From Tubulanus polymorphus (taxonomy: Eukaryota > Animalia > Nemertea), in the NCBI RefSeq assembly GCF_964204645.1, contig NC_134025.1, positions 25,896,299 through 25,960,298 on the forward strand: a stretch of DNA of 64,000 nt. Reading direction: 5' to 3'. A program made the position numbers and the translations under genes. The notes beneath the pieces were generated by a model. That model was not told the origin of the DNA and made no database searches. It saw only the letters and a program-made list of their open reading frames with translations. Positions 1-42,700 of the stretch are shown piece by piece (position 1 is the stretch's first letter; every line of letters starts with the position of its first letter).

Positions 1-772
1 TAAATTTGGAATTTCAATGGTTCCATTAATCTTTTCATCACTATCAGTCAACATTCCTGCAAATAGAGAGTTATTTTTTTATCTTATGTATTCCACAGCA
101 TTTAAATCCAATGTGTGACTGCTGAGTTTATGCGCAAATTACCTTCCCAATTTAGTTTTATATGCCATTCGTAGAAGAATATTAATTTAGCCTTTCTATT
201 ATTTGCTACTGCCTCTCCATCGATGCTGACTACTTCATTAATCCTACATTTACCTGGAATTGAGTAAAAAAAGGCTTGCTGTTATCATCTAAGACAAAGT
301 TAGGAAAAACATCCGATTTTTCATGGGATTTTTTATACCTTCATTTGTCTCTATAATAAGATCCATCAGCAGTGATTTGAGTTTATCTTTTGACCACCCT
401 GAAGCATTTTTTTCAGTCCTGAAAAGTAACGACATCTTGTTTCTAGTCAATCACTAATATAAGATTGGACTCTACAATTAAAATCAATTGATTTAATTCA
501 TGAATTAGTGAAATAACCCTTTTACTGATAATAGGGGTATCAATTTTGTTAATGCCATCATGAGGGTGGTTTGATATGTCAAGAAACTCAAACAGCAGGG
601 CACAAGTTAAAAAGGTTAAGACTTTGAATGCATTACCACTACTCTACCACTACCAGGAGGGTATAATTACTTGACAACATACAATAACATACCAGTGCCA
701 ATTGTTTACATTCGTTCCATCAGTCCGATCTTCTACAATCCAACGTGGATCTCCTTCACCCCACTTCGCCAT
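1..772 (-). CDS. AHSA1: Activator of Hsp90 ATPase homolog 1 (Aha1), 5' part; gene runs off the left edge
   Basis: Minus-strand exons 772-693, 418-339, 253-143, 56-1 with GT-AG boundaries splice in frame to MAKWGEGDPRWIVEDRTDGTNVNNWHWTEKNASGWSKDKLKSLL...GKCRINEVVSIDGEAVANNRKAKLIFFYEWHIKLNWEG...INGTIEIPNL. This is the characteristic Aha1 N-terminus (NxNNWHW and RKxK motifs). Not in the ORF track because the exons are short. Confidence 0.96.
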
Positions 773-1513
773 GATACTAATGGTAATCTGCTCGGATTTG
801 TTTGTAGTGTGATGATGTGGCTACCGCCCGGGGTTACAGAAAAAATAAAAGCCAAGAAGGACAAGGTGGTGGGAATTATTCTCCTGTTCTTATCTGACGA
901 GTTCAACTTTCCTTCCTCGATCTTGATGATGATGATATACTGGGCCTTTCCTTAGATACTACAGCCAGAGTGTCGGGAATGACGAAAATAAAAGTCGATG
1001 TCGTATCTTACTCTTATTTTACGGAATTCTACATGAATTTTCCAGAAAATTGTAACCCGGAAATGAATTCGGCACGTTGTGGAGGCGTATGGGGGCAGCA
1101 CCTACCGGGTCTACATCACATGCCAGTGATAACTTCGTGTTCATTCTAGCGGCGCCCGGCCGGCGCGTATGTGTGCCTGGTATTGCCGTACGACTGGAGG
1201 CTCGGGTTTAACTAATTAGCTCAGTACATATTCCTGTAATATCAATAATGTGAGTAATTTAGGTATAATCTATCATAACATAATCGGTCATATTAGACAA
1301 CTTTTTCTCTACCAGCCTTTTGCCATTGGTCATACATTACTCGAACTAACTAGTCTATGGTTATTTGACAATAGGCGCATTGAAGTTTTTATGCCCTATA
1401 AAGAGCCTTTTATTAGAACGAGTCGCTTTGCACAGGCAGATATACTAGCCGGGTTAAAACCGCGTCGCGTTGAGTGAGTTTTTCGTGACAGCGCACGGAA
1501 CTCGAGCGGTAAA

Positions 1514-4444
<2,931 letters not shown>

Positions 4445-5490
4445 CATATACGCGTATTGTAGACAAAAAGAATTCCATGATGAAAATTATCTGTGAATAT
4501 ATAACTGTTAGTCATTAATTGGTTCCTTTCATTTTCTTGTCCAGTGTTTCGAGTCACTGATAACGCCGTAATAACCATTGCCGGTATGCGTTGTGAGTCG
4601 AATGTACATTATTACATCATCAATATTGGCATTTCAGGATAACAATATTAATGTTTATTTTGTAATAGAATAAAAATCTCATGACTCTTATTTTCTATTT
4701 AATGAATTTCCATGACAGTTTTTGATGATGAATTCATCAGTGAATGTGCACTACGTCATCAATATCGGGGCTACAGAGGCGGATCCAGCACCAGTTTTCC
4801 ATTGAATTCCGAATTTAGAAGGGCATTTTATATTCCAGATATGACACTTTTTACCGCCATTGACCAATTGGCAAGGGCCTGCGGCATCATTAGCCCCTAA
4901 TACACTCGATGTATTAATCAAGGTATTACGTACAGACGCATCTTTTGTGAAATTGTTTATTTATAGATCGGAGATCCATTTTTCAAGGCGTCGATAAACT
5001 TTAGTTATTAGTAATTTATTTAGTAAGTTAGTTTTTTGTCACGTTAGTTCTACCGGCCTTTGTATACACGTTCTTTTGTGGGGAAAAGAAACTAGCAACT
5101 TGAATAAAAATCCTAAGAGCCCCATAGTTGTACGATATTTTATACTAGACCTGAATCATATTTTGCAGCCAAATTGGCCGCTCTCCTCAGAGTCATATTC
5201 ACTTGCAGTGAGTTGGTAACTTCCCCATGAGCTATGCCGAGTCTATTCAATGAAATGGTGATCATCCCGATGAATCGAGCATACTAATCAATCCCAAGCC
5301 GTCGTCCGTCAGATCCAGGCCCGTTTCGGAAAATACTGGACAACGAATATCCTCTGTTATGGTGTTGGCGGCTACAGTACCGGTAGTGAACCCATAAAAA
5401 TTGATCGAAAAATTTTTTGTAACATCGAATGCGTATCGCCTAAAATCATTTCTAGGACGGAGTTCAAAGTCCTTGCAATGATCCAGGCTA

Positions 5491-5663
5491 CAGTGGAACC
5501 TCATTTTAACGAACTCGGATACAACGGTTCATCGGATATAACAAATATAGAATTTCGTCCCAGAAAGAAAATGTAATTAATTTCATAATGGATATAACTA
5601 ACTATCGGTTATAAAGAACAGATTTTCTAGTCCCGTGAAGTTCGTTGAACCGAGGTTCCGCTG
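5491..5663. mobile_element. Non-autonomous Tc1/mariner(pogo)-type MITE
   Basis: TIRs of 25 bp with 4 mismatches: CAGTGGAACCTCATTTTAACGAACT ... AGTTCGTTGAACCGAGGTTCCGCTG. TA at 5489-5490 and 5664-5665. Confidence 0.8.
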
Positions 5664-6763
5664 TAACAGGTCAAGACATCCAAAACCAGAAAATCATCCA
5701 CACGCAAATGTGCTGCAAACAGACCGCAACAGATGAAAACAATCAACGACAAAACGATATGCAATACTGAGAGGCTGATACGAAGATGTAAAACGATTAA
5801 TTCCTTGAATCAGATCAGCCAAAAAGGCTGGAACCTAAATCAGATGATGGCCACTTTCTCAGTCTCGACCAATAATAATTTTCCAGTATTTGCTAAGTGA
5901 ATGTGAAAGATTGAATAACCGCATGGCATCAGTATCAATGCAATTACCTAAGAATAAATTTCCGATTTTCTAAACATTTTTGTCTGAAACACAGTGGCAT
6001 TTTGCGTTTTTCAAGGCGATGACGCCAGCGCGTTATCCGTAGTCGAGAACGGACCTCATGGAACCAATTTCTGTCACACACACGCACGCACGCACACACA
6101 TTTCTTACTAAGCCATAGAACGGACCAGCGGATCAGTATTTTAGGTCGGTCCAAATTGGAACGGTAAAATGGTCCAGGAGTTTGAGGGTCAAGTGCTACC
6201 CCAAGAAAATTTTGAAAATATAAGTGTTTTAGATGCTTTCAGCCAATTCTATAAAAACTGCACTTGTTGACCAGAAACACACTACGGTAGTCAAAATTTG
6301 CTTTGGCAAAAAATAATGCATCTTTTCAGGCGTATTTTACTTATCCAAATCGGTTATAGATGAATTTTTCCAATACAAAAAGTTTGTGGACTCTAAATTC
6401 GTTTTTCTTCGTCTGATTCACTTTTGTCGGGCGGTATAACAGTGATTGTTGCAATATAAATCTGAAACAACGAGTTAAGAAAATATGCTTATCATTTTGG
6501 AGGGAATGAACAATCAGCTGATCGCGTAATATTATTAAATAATTGCGTAAGTATCCGCTAGGTGGTGTTATGATTTAATGTCAAGGTTATCAGCATTTGG
6601 CGTAATCTCCTACTAAAAATCAACAAAAATCATCATCAATGATTTTCTTTATTTTTGCATATGGGAGCAAAACTGCAAGACTGGTTGCAACATTGATAAA
6701 TTCTACCTAGGGTCCGGGTCCACCTTTTACAAGGGTCAGTGTGTGTAGTGCTACCATTATCAA

Positions 6764-6846
6764 TGACGTCACGCCGATTGATATTGACCAATCAGAATGC
6801 TTTGCGCACAGCTCGTGCCCTGGCGTGTTGATCGGCCGCCATCTTG
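6764..6846 (+). promoter_or_regulatory. Likely MARK promoter: CRE palindrome, CCAAT box, YY1-type motif
   Basis: TGACGTCA 6764-6771, GACCAATCAG 6786-6795, GCCGCCATCTTG 6835-6846 (second GGCCATCTTGG at 7250-7260). CpG-richer patch ~500 bp upstream of the MARK ATG. Confidence 0.6.
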
Positions 6847-7319
6847 ATGAAGAAATTTCATGAATAGCTCGAAAAACCGGCCGAGTTTTACATCTTTCCT
6901 GCCGTACTGCGCGAGCGAAAATGAGCTAAATGACATCGGATACTACCGGGTGGAGAAAAGAGGCACATCTAGCCTACGGATATAATAAAAAGCTAGATAA
7001 TACGTGAGTTTTCGGCGCCGAATCGACCCGAGTGGGCTAAATTTTTTCAAAAAATCGGGTGTCAACTCGGCGCTAATCAAATCAGTTTGAGCAGTTATTC
7101 GAGTCGTTCGTGGACGGCAGTGTCTGTTGATTATTAAAGTGTTCATTTGAAAAATTCGGAAGCAGGATCATCGATGTTCATCGTTAATCTACCCTTCCAT
7201 ACTCGATACAGCAGCATCGTAACAGACTAACAACAGTTGACGTCGTGTCGGCCATCTTGGATAAAGATTTGACATTCTCTACACACAGATAGTTGTGATA
7301 CATACTTTAGACTGTCGAG

Positions 7320-33781
<26,462 letters not shown>

Positions 33782-36700
33782 TCTCGAGATTGCATTCATG
33801 TGATAATTTCGTGTTATTTCGAACCCATTTTTAAGGGTCAGTTTAGCACCGATTCACACAAGAACAAAACACGAATCGAAGACTATTGTTGTGAAAATTT
33901 TATGTGATCTTAAAATGGTGCTGTAGACCACTGAATGGACTGACAACAGGATTGAGTGAAATGTTGATTGCATAAATCATCATTTGAGTAAACTGACTGC
34001 TGGACCAAACGCATGATTTTAGTCATAAATTATTATTAAATGTGTTTCTTTATGTGTCTTGAAAAATTGTACAATTTTTCAGGTAGGGAGTGTGATGAAT
34101 TTATTTTTAGCCCCTGTAAGGTTATCTTTGGTGTTCGTGATTTTCATTCGATTAAGTATTCAAACACCGACTGTAGCTTTAATTAGGAGCTGAAATTTAT
34201 TCTTAAACAGTCATATCTGTGTCTCCTCTGTCGTTCAAACTAAAAAATTAAAAGCTCTGCAAAATACTTTTCGTTGAAGAGGAGACATGTTATGAAATTT
34301 CGAAATTTCAACAAAAAATTGAAAAATACCAGTATATTAAAACAACTAATCTAATTTATTTTAATTTAAATGATGATGGCAATGAGAATGAAAATGATTC
34401 TTCCATTGCGGTCATATTTTATGCTTAAAGAATGTGGCTTATTTCTGTATTCAGGAGCCGATAGGAGAGAAATCAATTAATATACCACATGTTTTATGTG
34501 TCTCGTTGGATCTACTGAACAACTGTTAGCCCTCCTATTGATACCTGAATGTGTTTCTGGTATTAAGATCAGTTTTAATGGCCTATTTAGTTTACCTGCT
34601 TAAATCTATGGCGGATTCATGTACTCTAAAAGCCAACTCTTGAGTTATTGTTTTAAGAGTGCATGGTTGTATGAATAGATTTGGCAGACCTTGCAATTTA
34701 AAGTTAGAAAAAATTCTAATACCATTGTTATCTTAATTCCTTATTGCCCTTTTGATTGTAAAGTAATGTTTGTCCCTTGAATACCCTATCTGATTAGTTT
34801 CATATTTTGAAAGCTTCAGCTTCAGGTGATTGTCACTCACTGATTACTGATCTAACTAGTACCGGTAGTTCATAGAATGTTATGCACTAACAAGACCCTA
34901 GCTTTCATATTTTCCATCTGATCGATTGATAATGCTGTGCATAAGATCTTTTTCTGTAATCTAGATCAAAATGGCTCATTCAGCAACATTATCTATAAAA
35001 CAACTACAATATCCGAGAGCGGTGTGCGACGACAGTTGAGTTCTTTACTTGTGATAATGTGAGAACTGATCTGTAATGGAAAAATCGAAGGTGAAATATG
35101 TTTGACAGTATCTGATAGAACAGCATCGAACAAAGTGTACATATGGCAACTATGATACATGTATTTTTTAAATTCACTACATTCGTACGTTTTATTTCCA
35201 TATAGTGTATAAAGACGATGTTTTTAAAAGAAATAATAATCATGTATTTTTGCCTGGAATGATGATAAGATGTTGCTCCGTATGTGTTTCACCGCAGTTG
35301 TTTATGATGTAAATACATTGTAATATTTATCTCGATCATGTATAAAGTCGGATAGTAGATAAAGAGAAAATTTGAAATTCAATAGATTTCTTTTCGAGAA
35401 ACCATAATTCAGTTTAAAGCGATACGTTCTTTGATCTTGCTTTCTAGTTTAAGATTCAGGGACAGATGTTCACGAGTTGATTAAGTTAACTGATAGATAA
35501 ATACCGCAGCGGAAACCGAAATTGCAATTTTACCGTACTATGCGTCTACCTGTTAACTCGATCTTTCTGCGCTTGTTTACTCTAACCATTTTTCGAGCAA
35601 CTGTCCCCTGAACGATAATCTGTTATGAAATGTTTTGTTGAAGTTTGATAATGAAAAATTATGACCATTCCTTTCCCACTCGATACCTTACTAACTCACC
35701 TGGTATTAGGGCTCTTTTGTTTCATCCGAGCAGAAAGCATCTCTGCATATCGGTGTACTGTATGTTTAAATTTATATAAATATATACATATATGTAAATA
35801 TTTCAATTTTAAAAGATTCCCCTCATATAAATATATCTATATACATATATGTATATACATATATTTATCTGTATGTATATTTGTCAAAACCTTGATTGAC
35901 TAAGATAGGAGTGACTGATATTTGGGGAGCAGAATAATTATTATTTATACACAGATCCGTTAAAAGTTTTAATCAATTTTCTGATGTCATCTGGTCAATC
36001 ATTTTCATGGAGACCGGTGTAATAACAGTTTGATTATGTCTTCATCAGATAGCTCTGCCAGTTGGCATATGATGTCATTTACTTATTTATTTTATAGCTG
36101 TTTCATATGTGTTCAAAGTAATGAAATATTTTATATATTATTTCGTAAGCAACTAAATGAATATACATGCGCACTATTGAATACCTCGCTATATTGTGCA
36201 TTGGTGTCTTCAGTTGATAGGCACAATGTAATTCTCAAATGCAGTAAGATAATTAAACATTTCTCGTAGCACTGTTACATTAGCAGGATATAATATCACG
36301 ACGTGAGAGCAAAGTTTATGATGTTTATTTCATATTCGATCAGGGTAAATACGTAAATTTTATACCTGAAAGCTTAACGCATGAGATGACAAGCTACACA
36401 AGCCCGAGCATCTTATGAGCATGCCGTAAAATAGACTACCTTTCTTTTTAATACATCAGCAAAAATCTGAATAGTTGTTGTTGGTCTTTCATTTGGTTGA
36501 TATACCGGTATGCATATGAATAGGCTGTGTTTAACTAATAGTTTACCTAAGCACCTGACCAATCGGTGTTTTAAGTGAAGAAAATATCTTGTATGCATCA
36601 TCAGTTGTATGCAAATTGTGTACTGTAATTTGAAGTCGAATAAACACAAATCATTCAATGTCCATAGAACACACTAATGTATATCTCTTGTGTCAAAGTA

Positions 36701-37904
36701 ATTTTTGCTTTGTTCCCTTAAATATTGTACAGGTATTTAATACGAATCAAACGAAATCTGTTTTCTAAAAAAAAACTTTTAAGAATGCCTCCATAATTGT
36801 TAAGTTCTTCATAGTTTTATTGCAAGTAGTGAAAGTTTAAGATTTGCGATTTATTTTGCCCTGAACAAGGCTGCATCATAATTGATCTTGTGGAAAAAGT
36901 TGGTGTATTTTTTTCTCGCTTTTAAAAACTTTTTTTTTGAGTTAATTCTGAAAATAATGCAATACTTCCATAATTTTCTGTTAAAAGTGCAAGCTCGAAA
37001 GATGATCTGCGGACAATCGAACATAGGTTATTAATCGGTACATGTGCGATTGATTGTTTTTGCTGTGATATCTTACTATTGCAACAATCATCACGCAACA
37101 ATTACTATTGTTCTATGATAACCAGACTTCACTAGGGTTCTTGTGTATGAAATCTGATATATGTAAATACTACATGTGTAAAACAGAATAAGATATTAAA
37201 GCTTTGGATAAGATTATTTCGGTTCGTCTTAGAGTTTTTTTCTCTCTCTTTCTCTGTGGAATTACCCATCTCGAGTGATGTCATCTTTGAACAGGAAAGT
37301 ATTGAAAGCCTTTTGCAACTAGTCTAACATACTAGCCTAATATATTGACGTTGTGCATCCTCTAAAAAATAATTACAGTCTAAGTCCATTACATGTCATC
37401 GTTTTTAATGCCATCACTCGCTTAACACTGACATTTTTCAGAGAACAAATTCGTCCAACCTCGATGAAAATACCATATTTTATAACGCCATGTTTTCCAT
37501 TGGTTCCAACAGTTGCAATATAACACACTATGACTTAAGATTTATCAAAAACGAATTAAGAGTTATGTATGAAATATGTTTTTTTTATTTGAATTACAAA
37601 ATCAACACAAAAAAATCACAATTGTGACATGTATTGACGACTATAGTGCACATCAACTAAAACAGATTGTTGTAACAGTTTCTATGGTGTCAAAAAGAGG
37701 TTCACAAGGGGCTTGAATTTGGCTTCAAAATTAGGTGGCTTAGCCCTGACCAGCTAATCCAGTCCTTGCAACGTTCCATTTATGAAAGTAAAAACGAAGA
37801 GTAGATTAAATAACATTTTTAAGAATTCTAATAAACTACATTTTCATCATAATCAAAATATTGACATGTTAATTATAATATTGATATTATAATTATGAGT
37901 CAAT

Positions 37905-38698
37905 TCAATCGAATGCCACGCCTCCAGCTGCTTTTCTCTTTCGACTGTTCGGATTAACAACACTCATTCCAACTTTTTTAGGCTTCGGTTTCACAGGGCT
38001 GCCCTTTCTATTGTCTAAGTCTATCATTCCGGAAGCTCCTGAATTCTTCGCTGCCGCGACCGCTTGTTGCAAACAATCAATCCGTTGATTTAAATTGGCC
38101 ATATTTTTTTCTAGATCTTTAGATTTTTTGACGTAATGAAACAGTAAATCTTTCAGTTCGTTTTTCTTATCAGCTGCCTTCATTTCAAACAGATCAAACG
38201 TGAATGCCGATGACCCAACTCCAACTGTTAAAACGATCTTCGCACCAACTTGTAGTATGGCTACCTTGTCATTTGTGAAACACAGCCTGAAAATGACAAT
38301 TAGATATATATCTAAACAACTCACAGGGGGTTCCATCCTCAACTGGAGCCCTTTCCTCCCAGGTGCCTAATTAGGACTACTCTCAACTAACTATCGATAC
38401 TGATACAGATTCGTTGCTTTTTATAGCATAGTCATATAGGCCATTCCTTTCAGAACTTAAGAGCCTACCTGAACTGATCGAAATACGCTTCTTTCGTATT
38501 GATATGCGCCATATCCATATAAGCATCAATTTCCACACTGTCCAGCTCAGTTCTCCACACATCAACCCCGTCACTGACGCCCAGAATCCACTGATTTGAA
38601 TCAGATTTCGAGTAGACTAAATATTTACTTCCTGGTTCAGAAATCACATATTTTAAATCGTCTACTTTTGCTTCTTTTAAAGACTCCTTCAAAGCCAT
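37905..38698 (-). CDS. PAXX: PAXX (paralog of XRCC4 and XLF), NHEJ factor
   Basis: Exons 38698-38469 and 38286-37905. Head domain (ILGVSDGVDVWRT, AFTFDL), coiled coil, and C-terminal Ku-binding-type motif GMSVVNPNSRKRKAAGGVAFD resembling the PAXX SLINPGxKxKKPAGGVxFD tail. Confidence 0.88.
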
Positions 38699-38984
38699 TA
38701 TATATCGATATGAATTGAGGATGTAGAGTATCACACTGAGACGATAGTGTCAATGGTATTTTCGGTTTAGAGTCGATAAGAACAATCGATTTGCTTCAAT
38801 AACTTCAGTCGGACCCGTTTTGTTTACCAAACAGCAGCCATTATCTGTAATTGCGCAATACGTTACCAGCTGGTGGCGCCCCTAAGCTGTCAAAATCCAA
38901 ATCCAAATTTAATTCAATCAATAAATAAGTGTATTATATGTCGAACATAACAAAGAAATTTTCTCTTTTATCGTGAACTACATA

Positions 38985-39102
<118 letters not shown>

Positions 39103-39715
39103 AATAGCAAAGAAAAAGTCATGCTAATTTGCACTTTTAATCAGCAGCAAGTAAAGGATATATACTAGGATAAAGATATAAGACGACCAACTACAATCAT
39201 CTAATTTGCTTCGAATTTTTGTATCGGCCTTTCTTTATTCGAATAAGTCATGATCATTGTCTTAAATTGTATATGAGAATTAAAAAATGATTTGCGTGAT
39301 GGCTAAATCAACTTAAGTTTGCTGTGTTGAATTAGCCGATTATTTATCTCGCTCTAATCACTATCAAAGGTTGATTCAGCCTCGTAGACGCGCGTGCGCA
39401 TCTTCCTCCAACTCTCAATTTACAACTTTCCGATGACGCACAAGCTCTGCATCACCGCCTGGGTGCGCGCAAGTTTTGGTTTGCAACTTTCCAGGAGTTT
39501 TATCTATGAACAATATTATGCGTGTTTATCTCCTGTAAAATCTGGAAATTTTCTCAGGTCCCGCACATGTTTCAACTGTGTGTAGAATTAACACAATAAA
39601 ACCGTATAACTCGCAAAACGATTTGTTGTCGCATTGATTCGAAGGAAAAAACACTGAAAATGGTCAGAATTACCAAACCTGACTCTACAGATGACAATGG
39701 ACACCGCTATACACA

Positions 39716-42700
39716 ATGATGAACGTTTTGACACTTTGGATTTGTGTCTTGTTTGTTAGTTTTCATGGACCCGTTGATAGTTTGGAAATCCAGAAAGGTG
39801 GATTGAACCGGAACTATCGAAACAGAATCTGTCGGCTAAGATGCCGGGCCGCTTGCACGACTTTGGATACAAAAACTGCATCGGGTTCTGGACACCCATT
39901 TAAACTAAAAAAGGTAAGACAAAATCAACAAACAGCAGTCAAACATAAAGGAAACAAACTTATGATTCCCAAAAGCGAAAAATAACTGTCGGTCTACATG
40001 TTAATTTATGATGCCATGATTGAAGAATTGTGACGATAAGATGATCGATTTGACTTGATTTAAGCTTAATCTCTAAACTCTTTATTCCTTGATTTTCAAT
40101 CAGATTTACGCGCGGTAAACAGGAATTGAAACAAAAGTTACATTAGTTGTTTCATCCAATCTTTCGACCATGGGGCATTTTCTAAACGGAACAGAGAAGC
40201 TAAGCAATATATACTACAATGTATACTAGCATCGTAATGGGTTTTCCTTAATTGCTTTGATAAATGACGTATGAAAAAGAGTCTAGCTTTTTCAAGAACA
40301 AAGCATTGATTTCGGACTTGATTGAAAAGATATTTTCTCCAATCTTTGTGAAACAGATTTATACGTTAGGAAATTTGGTAATTCATTTTCGACGATTACC
40401 GTTTACCTTTTTACTTTTTCTCTTTTTGAGAAAGCTACTTATTCATTCTCGACAGGTCAGGTGAGTTGGTTGTTTCATTCAGTTCTGCTGTAATAATTTG
40501 TCGTGGCTTGTCTCTCTTTCATCAGATATTGATTTGATTTTTCGATGACATCAGAATTCTTCCCTTGCAAGTATACCTGATCGGTTTACCAATAGATCAA
40601 CTGCGGCGGTTCTTACCGTTTGTCCGACTGCACGAAATCACAAATCACCGAACGGAGAAGAGAAGACGCAGAACATAACACGGTTGAATCCCGATGAATT
40701 TTCAATACGTAACATTTGACATTTCCAAAATGAAATCAATTGACGTTTTAAAACAAAAACGTTTTTGTAAATTTTGATGAAGCCCACAGTCATCGAATGA
40801 ACGGACTGACAATGAAAATGATTTGAAGGGTTTCGTTTTTCGGTTGGCAGGAGTGTTCTTGTCTATGCCTTTTACCAACCGCGACACTAGCTACGTCATC
40901 GTCGACGGTGTTGTATATCAATCCGAATTCATGTAAAAACACATGAATTCATTCTCTAGCGACTTTGCCAGGTACAGAAATTGTGTTATCATTAATCTGA
41001 TAGTTTGAATAATTAGTTCTATTGTCGCGTGGTTACTTCAGGTTGAGTTAGTCAGAGTGATAATGTACTGGCCTAGTCGTTTTATTCCCGTGACACTTAC
41101 TCAGCAGAAACTCCCCGAAATATTGCGGCTCCGATAGGAAAATAATGAAATCACTTAAACCAAATGACTCTACGTTTCGCGTGATCCTAACCCGAAAAGT
41201 TGGAATGTTTTCACAACGAAGAAATAGAAATTTTCCATTTAAAAAAAAAATTCTCGAGACCCTTGTATATTCCTATGCATTGATACAAAAATAAAAATAT
41301 TTTTTGAAAGAAGTGAATGGTTTCATTGAAAATTCCTTGCGTGCTAGTAATTTCAAGAAAAAATAGTTCACAAATCTACGCGAAGACAACAAAAGCACTA
41401 TGGCTTTGATTATATAACCCATAACGCATGTATATAGCCTACTGATTTGATTTTGAGAGAGAAAAAGAGAAAGAGATTATACTGAATTCAAATCTGATCG
41501 TAATCTATATGTAACACCTGAGATATTTCACATCGCCTATATTTCTTTGGTTATGGGACAAGTCGCCAATTAAACGTTGTAACCTGATCAAATATAGATG
41601 GAAATCAGCTAAGCGTTCATTTCCGGCGTGAAATATCGTGAATCAATTGTGTGAACATTTTTCACCGCTCATTTTATCTGTTTCTCACACTGCTGACGTT
41701 ATAACGTCCATCGTCTGTGACAGTCGGCACAGCATTCATCTCATTTTAACAATTTTTCCAGAATTTAACGTTCTATAGTCTTTCGGAAAATTCTACCCGG
41801 CACAACCGACCCCGATAGAAAAACATGGTTTCAGATGATACACCGTTAGTTTTTTGTTTATTGAGTAAACCAGAAGGCCATCAGTATCAGACAAAAACTA
41901 CCAGGAAACTAAACATATGACTTACGGTTTTATTCTTTCCCTAACTAAAAAACGTTTCCTCCTATTTCACTATTCTAATTAAGAAGATCGCAGAGAACGT
42001 CTATGATTTGAAGAAGACAATTTTTGAAAGATTCGCGGAAAAAATAAGTGTGATCTAAACACTTTATCGCGGTAGAAATTCTTAGAATATCAAGTCTAGT
42101 AGAGATCAAGTGTATGTGGAACTGAAGATCCTTCTTGAAAAGAGAAAGATTCACCTCCGCGTCTTTACTGCGATATCTCTTTCGTCGTCACACGTGGGCA
42201 TATATTCTTTACAATATGTTCTCTCATATATCCCACTTTCAGATCTCATAGCCACATTCTAAGAATTCGCCAGTTACCTTGAATCAAATCTTAGACACAA
42301 AACTGCTATTTTCTATACATTGTCTATGATTCTCTTTTATGGTAAGATTCTGTAATTTCATATTTTTGTTTTTCTTATTTTTTGTACTCGAGATGAATCA
42401 AACGGCGGTTCATTTTTCTTTCCCACCACCGTAAAGCGAACCTTTAAAAAACATTCTGTATTTTCGAGACTTCTTTCATAATATCTGATAGATAAGGCTT
42501 GTTATATAGATATCTATATATTGGAATAGTTATTCTGGCATAGGGATTAGTATTCTGCTTGACCGAGGCCAAAGTTTTATGGTCATTCGGGTTTTCGTTT
42601 GTGAGTGGTATAAAATGAAGTCGATATCAGCTAGGTTGGATGAGTATGGCTCCAGTCTGAGTTTTTATCAGGGTTATATAGGCTGTTTACAGCCTCTGCG

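Noticed and set aside
419-692. Intronic snoRNA in the enlarged AHSA1 intron
   Set aside because: No matched C/D boxes or H/ACA hairpin pair could be identified by eye.
671-955. 94-aa plus-strand ORF
   Set aside because: Antisense shadow of AHSA1 exon 1 and its 5' UTR.
5130-5860. Coding-looking minus-strand segments upstream of MARK
   Set aside because: Frames are interrupted by stops and a MITE; no start or recognisable domain. At most a divergent non-coding transcript.
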